Shown here: one piece after another, positions 38,483 through 53,023 of the stretch | Layout of the letters: each line of letters opens with the position of its first letter | How positions within the stretch are numbered: the first letter of the stretch is position 1 | Notes under the pieces: model-generated | What the model saw: the letters and a program-made list of their open reading frames with translations, nothing else | Database searches by the model: none | Told to the model about the DNA's origin: nothing | Translations under genes and position numbers: made by a program | Assembly (NCBI GenBank): GCA_050230475.1 | Contig: JBFLGF010000001.1 | Location: forward strand, 186,001-250,000 | Length of the DNA stretch: 64,000 nucleotides | Source of the DNA: Ancylonema sp. | Lineage: Eukaryota | Reading direction: 5' to 3'

Positions 38483-39592
38483 TGTCATACTTATTCGAGT
38501 CGCACGCGCGGCACGTGTGTGCCGTACGGTCCCGGCCGGGTATTGACCCGGATACGGTTGATGCCGCTAGCATGCGGTCTGCGGTAGGGCGGTAGGCGGC
38601 TGGGGGCTGGCTTATTTATTTGTTTGCAATAGAGCGGCAGCGGGCGGGAGCCCGCTGAATTATTAGTTGTTCGATAGAACGATTAATATTCGAGGGTTGG
38701 CACGATTCGGGATAATGTTGGCCTGATTCGGGATAATCTTGGCCTGATTCGGGACAATGTTGGCCTAATTAGGGACAAGGTTGGCCTGATTCGGGACACT
38801 GCTGGCGCAATAGCGATCGCTATAGCGGGGAATTATTCGTGTTCGGTATAGCGGGCGTCTGGCCACTTGACGTTCCAGCGAAAAGTGGTCGGGTCCGGCT
38901 CCCGGATTGTGGGGTCATATAGTGCCATGCTGGCAGTAATGTGATTGGCCGATTGTGATCGTTAATGATTGCGGCTTTGGGTAGGATATGTTTGGACTAG
39001 ATGCATTCGATCGGACGCATGCGTACGGCATATATTACATTTCAGCGTACGAAAAGTACACGTGAGTCGGAAGTGCCTTGTTGGACTTTCGGACTACGTA
39101 TTCTGATGCATGAGCACTCTGGCTGCATTACGCCAGAGTGCATACAAACTAAGCTTTGGCAAGTGCGGTGACGTGTCGTGTTGTGATTACGTTGAGCCTT
39201 GGGTATGGCGATGTTAAAAGCTGATATCGTTGAGCGGATGCTAAATATCGTAGCGGTGATCATTTGTTGCGTACGATAGTGCGTTCGACGCGTATAGAGA
39301 CAGCGTTAGATATCTTGCCCGGTACGTTTGTGAGCATCAATTTGAAGCTCGTTGTGATCGCGCGAGTTGCGGCACCGCATGCCGTCTAGGCGCGGTGATG
39401 GGGAGAGGTGCTCGGTAAGTGCATGCCGTCTAGGCGCGGTTATGCGAGTACGGAGTGTGCCGGAGTGTGCCTAGGGAGATGGCCTTGCTATATGATAGCT
39501 TGTACGGTCGAGTGGACCTTGTTATAGTCACGATGTGTACGGTGTGCCTATACGTGCACGTATAGCCGTACACGATCGATATAGGTACGACA
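38483..39592. mobile_element. Solo LTR, family B, ~1.1 kb
   Basis: Ends TGTCATAC...GTACGACA; 4-bp flanks ACAT/ACAC; homologous copies at 24030-25321 and, inverted, at 55660-56330. Confidence 0.7.
38698..38802. repeat. 21-bp minisatellite x5 inside LTR B
   Basis: Units TGGCCTGATTCGGGA(T/C)AATGT, head to tail. Confidence 0.9.
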
Positions 39593-39999
39593 ACACCCTA
39601 ACAACAACAAAGACTCCTAGCTGTCTACGATGCCAGATATGATCAACACACATTTATTTATTTATTTATAGTTTTGAATCCAAGCTATAAGACAAGTTCA
39701 CAGATTACAGATTTCACGGATTTATACACAAATTACAAATTTTGCAACCTGGCAATTCTGCACGAAACATTTTTTTCACAGAATTCACAGAATTCTGTAA
39801 CACGACACGCAGATCGAAACAAAGTTCACAGAAAAATGCGCACGAGTAATTTTTCTACCTCTAACTGCAGCAGCGCGCTACGCTCAAAGCACACAAGATT
39901 GATGGCAGGAAAAAAAAATCTTACAATTTCAGCTATTTACCTTGAATATAAACGTCGACGCATAACTTCTGGTCGCCTTGTAAGTGTAGAATCTTCGGA

Positions 40000-40930
40000 A
40001 AGTTGATGGCCAGAGGCCCTTTCGCTGAATCTAGGGAGTTTGGCACGCTTGATTCGCGGCACTCATTGTAAACTATCACCTAAACGACGGCACGAAAGTC
40101 GCCTTGACTCGGCACCTCTCTCACTGCGGGCAAGCTGACAACGCGATAGTTCTACATAAGATTCTATATGCAGAGTATGCGATACAATAGTACAGTAAGA
40201 AAAACTATAGCTCTCGATCAGCGAGCATATATTTATGTGTAAGTCTGCACTACTTGTAATCAGCAGCAAAGAAACAGTGAATGTGCACACCGACTTGCGT
40301 CGTTGCAAATGTGTGAGTCACGAGGCTGCGTAGCAGGCAACGATAGTAAAGTACTGAGGGCGATAGCTCGATCATCCAAACGATGGTAATAGCAAGTAGC
40401 TGGATGCATATGCAAAGATTGCAAGCAAAGCAAAGTCACACACACAAGATACAATTACACGAGAGGCAAGATGGGATGCAAGTCTCTTGAGCGTTATATT
40501 CAGCGAAAGCTGAATTCCGAGTTTGGAATACGAAGGTTTTGTTCAAACTCTACAGACGACGCTAGACGCGTGTCGATCTACAATTCGATCTCACAAAATA
40601 TGTCTCGCGCGCAATTGTCTTATCTACAATATCTATCGTCGGATATTCATCGACGGCTAACAATTATGACAAGTCATCACAAGTTGATTGCTGACTAGTA
40701 CAAAGGTGCCACGTCGGATCGACGGCTAATAAATGCTAAGCAAATCTAATTCAAATATTGAGCGGGGGCGCAGGTTGACAACTGGAGCTCGGGAGCGGGG
40801 CCGGCGAGCGGGGTGGACATTGTGGTGCGGCGGAAATCTTGATTTGGCGCGGCGCAGACGTGATTTAATATAGGGAGAGGTTTAGTAGATATTAGGGGTA
40901 AAATAGCTAACGATCTCAGACGTCGTGATA
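40000..40930 (-). repeat. LTR family C copy inserted into element D; left boundary approximate
   Basis: 40715-40930 is the inverted homologue of 42420-42643, which starts TGTCACGACG. Confidence 0.6.
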
Positions 40931-42082
40931 GGGAACTTGTTTGCTGAGCAGACGGGTAAAGTAGCTGCAAGAGCTGGAGGAGTAGAAGTAGCTGCCGGGC
41001 GAGCCGGACAAATTGTCGGGCTAGGGATAGGAGCTGGAAGGTGGACTGTTGCAGCACCACGGGCAATAGGAGTAGCTGCAGGGTAGGAGCGCAGATTGGC
41101 AGGCTAGGAGTGGTAGCTGGCAGGCTTGTAGCATGAAAAGCATGAGGGGTAGAATCTGCTGCCGGGGTAGCTCCACGGATCGGCAAGCTAGGACTGGTAG
41201 CTGACACGTATGAAGCTTGATAAGTAAGAGCAGATTGAGCTGCTGGTAGGAGTGTAGGATCAGGATTAGAAGTTGTTGCAGCAGCAGCACCCGCCTTGTG
41301 CTTGGCGAGGAGAGCCTCTTTTAACTGATACTGCCACAACAAAAGTTGGTCGAGAAAGGGATCTAAATCTGTATCCAAATAGTCCGCAATGCATTCTTTA
41401 ACGTCAGTAAGTTTGAAACGAAGAACTAGAGTGTCAAATGTATGCGTAAATCCCGTCATCATTACTCGCGTCCATGGGGGCAGAATAAGAGTCTAAATGG
41501 CATAAGCCGAAGCCGAAAATGGCCAATTTTGTTGGTGAAAATCTATCACCGGGTGTGAAGGAGAAAAATCTCCAAGAATGAAGTCACACTAAAGAAACTC
41601 TATTAATATGAATTCCAAAGTTTTAATTCCTCTCAAAGTGTTAGGGGCGGATGCAAAGGCGTCCCTAGCAAGCAAGTTGCCAAATGCACACAAGCAACAA
41701 GATGGCGAAATGCCGGATAGGACAAGATGGCATGAGCCGGATGGAATGGTTGTGTTGATATAATGACAACTCGAAATGAGTGCAAGTACATGAGTTGATA
41801 GGAATGCTCTAAAGGCATTCCTATGGACTATGTATAGGAAGTCGGCTCAAATCTGAATCAAGACTACAAGTGGGACAACTAGAACTCGATATAAGAGTAA
41901 ATTGGAAAGCTAAGGGCAAACACTCGTGATAGGGACAAAGTCGCTAGGAACATATATCTCACTATAAAGGGGTAGAACTCGATATGAGGACAGAGTCGCT
42001 ACTAGCACTCTAGGGCTAGTAGCATGGTGTAGGAAGCACACTCTAGAGACACACTAGGGGCTATAGAGGGGCAGTTCTAACA
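40931..42082 (-). mobile_element. Truncated copy of non-autonomous LTR element D (5' LTR plus start of ORF)
   Basis: LTR 41639-42082 (TGTTAG..CTAACA) and internal 40931-41638 are the reverse complement of 59340-~60300; ORF HTFDT..LRFKLTDVKECIADYLDTDLDPFLDQLLL. Confidence 0.85.
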
Positions 42083-42419
42083 CCGCCCCCGCTCATTTCA
42101 TTCTGAGCTTCGTCGTTGACCGCGCCCTTTTTATTAAGTTTCGAGTAGTCAACCTTTGACTAGCTCACCTTTGTATTGAATTGATTACACTACGTGTCAA
42201 ACTTGTCAATTATATCAATCGTGACCGTAGCTCTTTAGATCCACCGCTCGGAATCAAATAGAGATGTCTGCAACCAATTATAGTGTGCGCGCCGAGTTGA
42301 TTTATATATTCCGTGCCGCGTGTATCCCAGCGAGCGCGTGAGTAGAATATTCGAGTTTGACAATAAAGACTCGTGTAACTTTTCAAACCTCAGCTTTCGC
42401 TCAATTTGACGCGGAATGG

Positions 42420-43010
42420 TGTCACGACGTCTGAGATAGTTAGCTATTTCCCCTAATATCTACTAAATCTCTCCCTATCTCTCCCTATAATAAATCACGT
42501 ATACATCGCGTCAAATCAAGAGTTCCGCCGCATTACAACTTCCGCCCCGCTCGCTGGTCCCGCTCCCGAGCTCCAGTTGTCAGCCTGCGCCCCCGCTCAA
42601 TATTTGAATTATATTTGCTTAGCATTTATTAACCGTCGATCCGAAAAAAAATACCGAAGTTATCGATTGTCTAACCTGTTGCGCAGTCAGAAATCACCTA
42701 TTTGAATTACCGAGCCTTCGCTCACCCGAGCAATCCATTCTCACATCTCTTTTGTTGTTGAGAAGCATCGATTGCGTGCTAATCACGAATCGACGCATAT
42801 TTTACTGCAATCTTTTGTCGCTCTCGTTACTTTTAAGCCGCCAAGTAAGAGCAACGTGTGATAGCTTGCTAGCAGTGAGTAGTATAGCGAATAAAGCTCG
42901 AACACTACCTCGTTTTGTGATTGTTTACAATCACTGCCGCGATTCAACCGAGCATTGTACTCGCAGTTACGATATTCCAGCCTCCTATCTATATTTCTAC
43001 TGCATCGACA
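42420..43010 (+). repeat. LTR family C copy; right end approximate
   Basis: Begins TGTCACGACGTCTGAGA; inverted relative to 40715-40930. Confidence 0.55.
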
Positions 43011-44375
43011 GGACCCCTTTCTGTCGATACTTTGAGTGCGATTACCCCTATAAAATGTGCAAATTTTCATTTATTATTTCATGCGTTTCATCTTCACACC
43101 AATACAATATATACCGTTCCTATGGGATTCTTAGCATGCATATGCAGGACTTAAATATCGTCGCCCAGTTAAGGCCACATTTAAAAAAAATCGTTTCATG
43201 CACTTCACCGGACGGAGCCAACTATATAGAATGGCAACGGCCGCCATCCACACCAAAAAAACGCGATTATCTTGCAACTCCCTCCACAAATCTCCCCTTG
43301 GATGTACACATAATACTTTTCACATGATACATCCGAGTAGTGTCCGTGTGGTGTATTGTTTCATGCATGACACCCTTGCACAAGGAGAAATGTTCGAGTT
43401 GTCCGGAATCGAGAAATTGAATATCTTTTTTCATGTTGGCCGTTAAATAATACAACATATGCATTTGACTTTGTATTTTTGTAAGTTTTTATACTCAAAT
43501 GTCTATTTAACCCCTGCACCCGCCATTTTTAGCGGGTCGGCAGGTGCATCGCGGGTTGGGCTTGTGGAAGGCCGGCGGAGGGCGGGTGGGGGATGCTGGC
43601 GGGTCGAAGGCGGGTGGCGGGTGGGTTTTCAATCCACCTGGAGGTGTTTGGCGGATGGGCCCCAACACTAATCGGGCGAGCCTTTTGTATAGGAATGAAG
43701 AAATCCCAGAGTCTTGTCATTATGTTGTGGCCGAACTTTTTCCCGAGGGTTAGGGTTGATATTAACGTACTTTTGGCTCGCGGTAAAGGGAAGATACCAC
43801 TGCCGATTTCCTACCAATTTCCGGCCAGCCCGGTATTGATGGCCAGCCCGGTTGAGCATTGGCACGGGGAAGGGCACTAGTAGGCTAAAGAGGACTTGGT
43901 AAGGAGACAATAGGGAGCGGTAGAAATCGAAATATTTTTCTTTTTGAGCTAGAAATCAGAGGTAAAAGTTACACCCTAAAAAAATTGCGGTCTCCTCCAT
44001 GGCTAGAACCTTAGTTCTCTGATCGATTTCTTTCTAGTAAATGGTGGTGGAGAAAAACCTCAATATAAGAAACCTAGAAAAGCGAGTATTCTAATACTTC
44101 GTATACAAAGCGACATATGGGAGACCTTCCGAGTTGCTTCTTATAACGATTTTAAATCACGTGGATCTGTGTCGTCCAATTTTTGGGCTTGCGATCAAGT
44201 TTTTTGTACATTTGTGCGTGTAGTTTTTGCATCAGAGGACATGAGACACGTTCGTGGTAATATATGAACACGCGTTTGTACGCGTAAATTATTTGTACAA
44301 AACAATTGCGGAAAAAATGTAAGGGGAATTAATAGACAAAGCAAACAATAATGCAACATTATTATCTAGAGGAGG

Positions 44376-46850
44376 TAGGGTTGGGTTTTAAAGCCTTTAA
44401 AACCCCCCCGGTCCATTTATAACCTTAAAAACTTTAAATCTTACAAACCTTAACTTGTTAATAACCCACCAAAGAGGTGTTTTCGGAGCCGGATCAAACC
44501 TATGAACTCATTGGCGACCTTCAATTCTGTCAATTATGAAGAAAAAATAACGTTTCACAAAATCATATATGTTGATATCTGCAAAGCCTCATTGATGAGT
44601 GTAAACTATTGTGACTTGTCATTGTATATCGTCTCTTCATAAATCTTTGTTACTCTCATGCACAAACATGTCCAAGGAAAGCGATGACCCAGTTGGTAGC
44701 CATAACCACTATGTCTTGAGGCAATTCCCCGATGTGGATAAATAGTGATAAAAGGAATAATAATGGATTTAGACGACGAAAGGACATCACAAATTCTCGT
44801 GCTCTCATTTCCATCTCATCCTAAAAAGGAAATGACTCTCGATTGTCATAAAACGAGTCTATAAACCATTAAAAAAAACTCATGAAATAGAAGTATAACT
44901 TACACTCCAAATGTGTTATACCACCTTGCAAATACATGCACCCTCGTTCTCGAGAGCACAGAAAGACCCCACAAATGCATTTTCATATAATCGATAGACT
45001 CTGGTTCCTTAAACAACAACTCTTGAACTACGAAAGGCGTTCGATTAAACGACAAACTAGGGATCAAGAACGATCGAACCGTGTCTACCCACGTACTCTT
45101 GGCCCTAAACGGTGTCTACGTTTGTGTCATCCAAGACCGATAGTGGCCCAAATATTTTTGACAACTTCGTCATCCTAATCACTTGTGAAACATTGTGGAC
45201 GCTAGCTTCGACAACTACGTCTTCTAATCCTTGCAACTCAAGCTCATGAAACATCTCGTTCACAGCAACATCAAACCCTTCTTGGTCTTCGACGACCGAG
45301 GGGGACACATGCGATTCTGGGTCGCCTTCTACAACACCCCGATCTGCTTTCTCCTCTTGAGGGTAATCCGATGACGCCCCGTCTCCCATTGATGTCACCT
45401 CTGCCGTGGCCGAGGATGACTCCGCACCCACTTCCGCCACCATTTCCGCCACCGACTCCGAATTCTCCACCCGCTGCTTCTTCCGTGGAATGGGAGGGCC
45501 GTGTAACATCGTTTTCACTTGAACCATCTTTGTGACCGTCTCATGATACATTCTCTTCCGAAGTTTTGAATGTACAATCCCAGATTGAGAGAAGAAGCGT
45601 TCGTCGCACGCTGCATTCACTCCGAGTTTGAAGGGCCGAAGTGCGAGCTTCGAGAGATCTGTTGTCCGTGCTTCAGTGACAACAAAACGCCGCAACTATC
45701 ACTTTTCGTGACAACCCAAGCAAAACCGTGATGGCGAGCAGATGGACCCGGGATATGTTTTTCCATGCATCAAAACTCAAGGTATAGTTTTTGTCAGCCG
45801 TGATAGCTTCATACAAAGAACCATGTTGTACATCGTACTCGGCGCCTAGCAACGGACCTGCAAGAAGAACACACGATACTTTTGAGTTATTTGTGAACTC
45901 TGAATAGAGCGAAGCGGAAGGACACGAAACAAGAGAAATGAACTCGAAATCCGTTGGTTTTTTGCGAAACAACATTTTATAAAACAGTTTGTAAATTAGT
46001 ACCTGATAGTTTCTTTCTATCACGCATCTTGATGCCGGCTTTACACATCTGAAACGCCAACTTCACGTAATGATTTTCGACCCAGCAAAATGGAAGATTG
46101 GCTGAAAGGGTCGCATGAAGTAAAGTCCGGTGAAATTTGTGGAGCTTCTCCTCATCAAACGGTAGAAATTCTCCTTCAACCACGTGCAACTTAGAATGTT
46201 TGGCATTGCCACCGCTTCCATCAGCTTGCTTTAATTCTACGCCAAGAATAGCGGCCTTCTGATTATTTGAAAGATTGGCGCAGGTTCGAATGTGCGCCTT
46301 CATGCTCTCATCGGCCCCCCCTGACTCTTGTTTTTCATTCCCCAGGTTTCGAATTAGTTCATGTTGCGAAGGCGACGATATTCAACATGACGACAATAAA
46401 GCGATCGCGAAGACAACCATGTCTGGAAATACACAGATGAGCTCCGTCCAACGTACCCACCTTCATGCATGTGGTAAATGACGCCCAAAAATAAACTTTG
46501 TTCTTCTTCTCCAACTTCGTGAAGTGTTCCCACATAGGCCCCACTGGCCTTCCCCTTCTTCGTGCGGCGGGAGCTTGACGAAGCATCCGAAAAGCATTAA
46601 CGGACTCGGCACTTGATATTTGATGATCTCAAGACCTAGTAAGACAGACAGAGAGCCGCTAAGGAACGAGGCAGCGGAGCGGAATAGACGATCTGCAGCC
46701 TAGTGGTTACGTGCCATTTTTAAGGGTTTTTAAGGGACCACATTTGAAGGGTTTTTAAGGGTCCGAAAATCCAAGGGGTTTAAAACCTTAACCTAAAAAC
46801 CTTAAGTAAGGGTCTTAAATAGCTATAGTTTTTAAGGTTGCCCAACCCTA
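44376..46850 (-). mobile_element. Internally deleted hAT transposon with transposase remnants
   Basis: TIR TAGGGTTGGG/CCCAACCCTA; TSD AGAGGAGG/AGAGGATG. Remnants: BED-finger-like MWEHFTK..C..C / MKAHIRTC, NLPFCWVEN, first catalytic Asp region LSFDAWKN, and dimerisation-domain NAACDERFFSQSGIVHSKLR. Most of the central core is absent. Confidence 0.85.
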
Positions 46851-47310
46851 AGAGGATGATTATTGAGAGGGATTAAATGCATGTATGATTAACTGACGTT
46901 ATTTTTTTTGGTTTACAACGGAACAATTTTAACATGGGAAGAAAAAAGGCGACAGAACTCTATTATATCAAAATTATTTTCATATGGAAGTTTCCTATAT
47001 CAATGTCTTAGATGTATGTGATATGTTCACGACAAAAAATCAGTCATTACGCGTCGATCATGTTCCTTAAATTTTGATGTGCTTCATCGACTCCTCCGTC
47101 TCGTATCACCCTTTGGCTCCTAATAAGATGCATATTCTCCTCTATTTATATTCTCCTTCAGCACATTATCCACAATGTACGGATACGGGATACCCGTAAA
47201 AAATGTGAAATTTATTCGATTGCGTCCGGTTCCCTACCGCACATTCACTTCTTTCCTACCCGTTTCCTACCGCCTCACCCCCTACTGCATATTTGACCCC
47301 GCGGTAGCTG

Positions 47311-48243
47311 CAATGCTCCCTCGATATTTTTATTTTTATTTCAAAAAAATTGTCCTTATATCGAGGTGTTCTAATACATTGTATAAGTACATTCACTGCT
47401 GGATTTCAAAATGTGTGTCCTTGTTTGAAAAGACTTCGTGAATGAAGCAAAGTAAATAAGCCACTATGTTGTTCACATGTTGCCTAGAGTAAGTTGCCTT
47501 GGCATCATCATCCAATTCAGCGGGGGTGTTGTGATGCAAGCTATACAAGTGCGTGAGGAGACGGATTCATTGCGACTAGCAAATTTTTTTTGCCCAACTT
47601 TATGGAGAGAGTTGGGAAGTATAAAGGTCGTCCTAAGCATCAAAGTCTTCGCATGTTTTGTTGGACATGGAGTCGGACATGTTGTTCATGTATGATCATG
47701 AATATCATGGACAATTGTTGAACGGCAAGACAAACCAATACTTGTCATTGGTTCCGAATTGTGAACCGCAAATAAAATACACATTTTTTTTAAATTCCAA
47801 CAAACTGGATACATCCAAATCCTTCTGTACATTTTCATGGTTTGAAATAGAGGCAAAGAGTGTCAGAAACAACTTCCAATATGGCATGACAAACGGACAC
47901 ACAGACTAATATCGACATGATTCGATATCGACAAGGATTAGCATAAAAGAAACGTTAAATACTAGTTTTCACCTATTCCCATCATTGCATCAACGTTTTT
48001 TTAATGATTTTTAGACTCTACATTTATTCTCGATTTCCATACATCGTTATATGCGAGACAAAAAGTTATAAACACAGTATAAGGACATTCTCTAACAAAT
48101 TTATGAAATACATTGTCTTTATGTAGAGTGTCGTTAGGCTTTTGTCGAGGACGATTTTGTATTAACTTTATAAAAGTTAAAAAATAATGCCCATATATCG
48201 TGGTTGTTCTTATAAGGAGGGTCCTGATATCGAGGGAGCAGTG
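47311..48243. mobile_element. Pogo/Tc1-type non-autonomous element
   Basis: TIR CAATGCTCCCTCGATAT / ATATCGAGGGAGCAGTG; TA on the right, TG on the left. Confidence 0.65.
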
Positions 48244-48497
48244 TACCGTGGTAGGCACGGTAGGAGTTACCGAGGGCCGTTTTATCGAGGGTTCATATTG
48301 TATACATCGTTGGTTCGAAAGGGGTTCTGTTCCTCACATCGGCTGGGGTTCAGATTTCAGGTTCAGTGACGCACAACAGGAGTAAACACAAGCATGGTAA
48401 TCTGAGAAGGGGGAACTTCCACCTAGGCCAGATCTGTGTCTTCAGGTCTGAGGAGTTTTGAGGATTGTTCACTGTGAAGTGATTGTCTTGCTAAGCG

Positions 48498-50989
<2,492 letters not shown>

Positions 50990-51802
50990 TTTTGACAATG
51001 TCTTTCCCACCTCAGTTGCCAAATGCACTGATGCAATTTGTATGATGACTGAGAAATTGGGAGGGTGAAGGCATGGGCATTCGTTCGATTTTTTTTTCCT
51101 AAGACAAGCAACGTCATTCTTTTGTAGTCTTTAGACTGTTGCTTTAGGACATAAGCATTCAGATGCGTTCTGTGTCCTTGCAGTCTCCTTGTGACCATTC
51201 ACCCGGCATGACAACAGCTGTCGTGCTTCGTTAGATGTCAGCGAAGCTGAATAGTCGGTGCCACGACTGATTGCGTGTAGGAAAGTAGCTCCGGACTCCG
51301 GGCTTTTGTATAAGGGGTAACTTCGTGCCAAGGCATGGTACTAGGAGCTCACAAGGAAGGTATTCCTACACCTCCACCACCTCAACAGGGTGTTGGAGTG
51401 CAATAAATTTGGCACGCCGTATGGCACAGGGACCGGCTTATGGGTTCAAGTAAAAACTTGAGCGAATATCATGTGCATTTAGAATGTGCAAATATCGTGT
51501 GCATCCGAGATTGTATGCATTAATGCAAAGCTTGATCACAAATGAAAATGTAGTCCTGGCATATGGTAAGCCGCTAGGGTGGCATAAAGATCATCTGGGG
51601 ATTGTAGGATCATCTGGGCAGTTGGTAGACCAGTCTGGAAAACTGTCAGACCGGTCTGGTATGTGGTCTGGATGCGGATGATTTTGTGGAAAACGACAAG
51701 AACCCTCGGGAGGCTTCAGTAATGGATTTGTTGATTAAATCGACATGGTGTGAGAATCCCTGAGACGAATGTAGTAAATCAACATGCAATGACCATCAGT
51801 AG

Positions 51803-52062
51803 CATAGTTGAGCGCACACATGTGGGCGGATTTGGCGCACATATTCCCAACATGTGCGCATCGCGCACCTCCTACAAAAAAAAACTTAAGTTAAACGCCG
51901 CCGCTCATGGTAGTAAGCAGTAGTACACGCGATTTTTGAAGTATTTTTTCCTAGTTGGGCGCGCAGATGTGAGCGGGGTTGAGCGCACATGTTCCGAACA
52001 TGTGCGCATCGCGAACATGTTCCGAATGCGTGCACGATTTTAGTGGTGCGCGCCCAACTATG
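51803..52062. mobile_element. hAT-type MITE
   Basis: TIR CATAGTTGAGCGC / GCGCCCAACTATG; perfect TSD ATCAGTAG. Confidence 0.9.
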
Positions 52063-52210
52063 ATCAGTAGTAAACAATATTCGTTGAACAAACCGAATTG
52101 TGGAGTAACCATGAGTGAAGTTCATTGAATGTTTGATTCGTTGAGTGAACTCTCTTGGTACTTTGTCATGGATGGTGGTTGTATAGGGGGGTCTTATCGA
52201 ATGCCAGGAC

Positions 52211-52521
52211 CATGCGTGGGCTCGCACAACCAAAATCGTGCACATGTTCAGAACATGTGCGCAATGCGCCCATGTTCGGAACATGTGCGCTCAACCCCGC
52301 ACACATAAGCGCGCCAATCTAGGAAAAAGTACTTAAGATAGAAAAAACGAAATATACATACTACCATACCGTAGTGGCCATACGTAATGACCCGGGTTTT
52401 TAAAAACGAACTAATTTGTCCAAAAAACCACCACTTGACCCAACCCGCGCACCCAATATAAAATCTCCCAAAATCCTACAAGATGTTTTTCATGTGATGA
52501 CCCACATCGTGGAATGACCCA

Positions 52522-52559
<38 letters not shown>

Positions 52560-52748
52560 CCCGTCCCATCCTTTTCATAATTATTTGCGGGTCATTATGT
52601 GTGGTCCAGTACGGTAGTTGCTTAATACTGTGCGCGGCGGCTCATCTCTTAACCAAAATTTCCAATTGGTATTTGCCAGGAGGTGCGCGATGCGCACATG
52701 TTCCAAACAGGTGCGCGTCACCCGCGCGCATGTGCGCACCCAAGTATG
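52211..52748. mobile_element. hAT-type MITE related to 51803-52062, with a nested pogo-type MITE
   Basis: Ends CATGCGTGGG / CCCAAGTATG; TSD GCCAGGAC/GCCACGAC. Confidence 0.75.
52369..52614. mobile_element. Tc1/pogo-type MITE
   Basis: TA-flanked; TIR CCGTAGTGGCCATACGTAATGACCC / GGGTCATTATGTGTGGTCCAGTACGG. Confidence 0.8.
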
Positions 52749-52756
52749 GCCACGAC

Positions 52757-53023
52757 CATAGTTGGGTCCCGCATGGCTCGGGAATTTCCGGATGCGTCCG
52801 GGACGCGTCGCGGATCCGGACGCTCTAGCCAAAAATAGAGCTCCGAGTACGACTAAGTAAAACACGTGGGCAGCACGGCAATTACCTTCCTCATGTGATA
52901 ATAACATGTTGAAACATCATTGAGTGCTAATTTTTAGTTAAAACCATATTTTTTATTGTTGGATCCCGGACGGTTCGGGAATCCGGACGAGTCCGGGATC
53001 CACGCGTTAGGGACCCAACTATG
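52757..53023. mobile_element. hAT-type MITE
   Basis: TIR CATAGTTGGGTCCC / GGGACCCAACTATG; flanks GCCACGAC/GCTAGGAC. Confidence 0.8.

Noticed and set aside
38698..38802. Possible CRISPR array
   Set aside because: Head-to-tail 21-bp units with no spacers, inside an LTR of a eukaryotic genome, and no cas genes.
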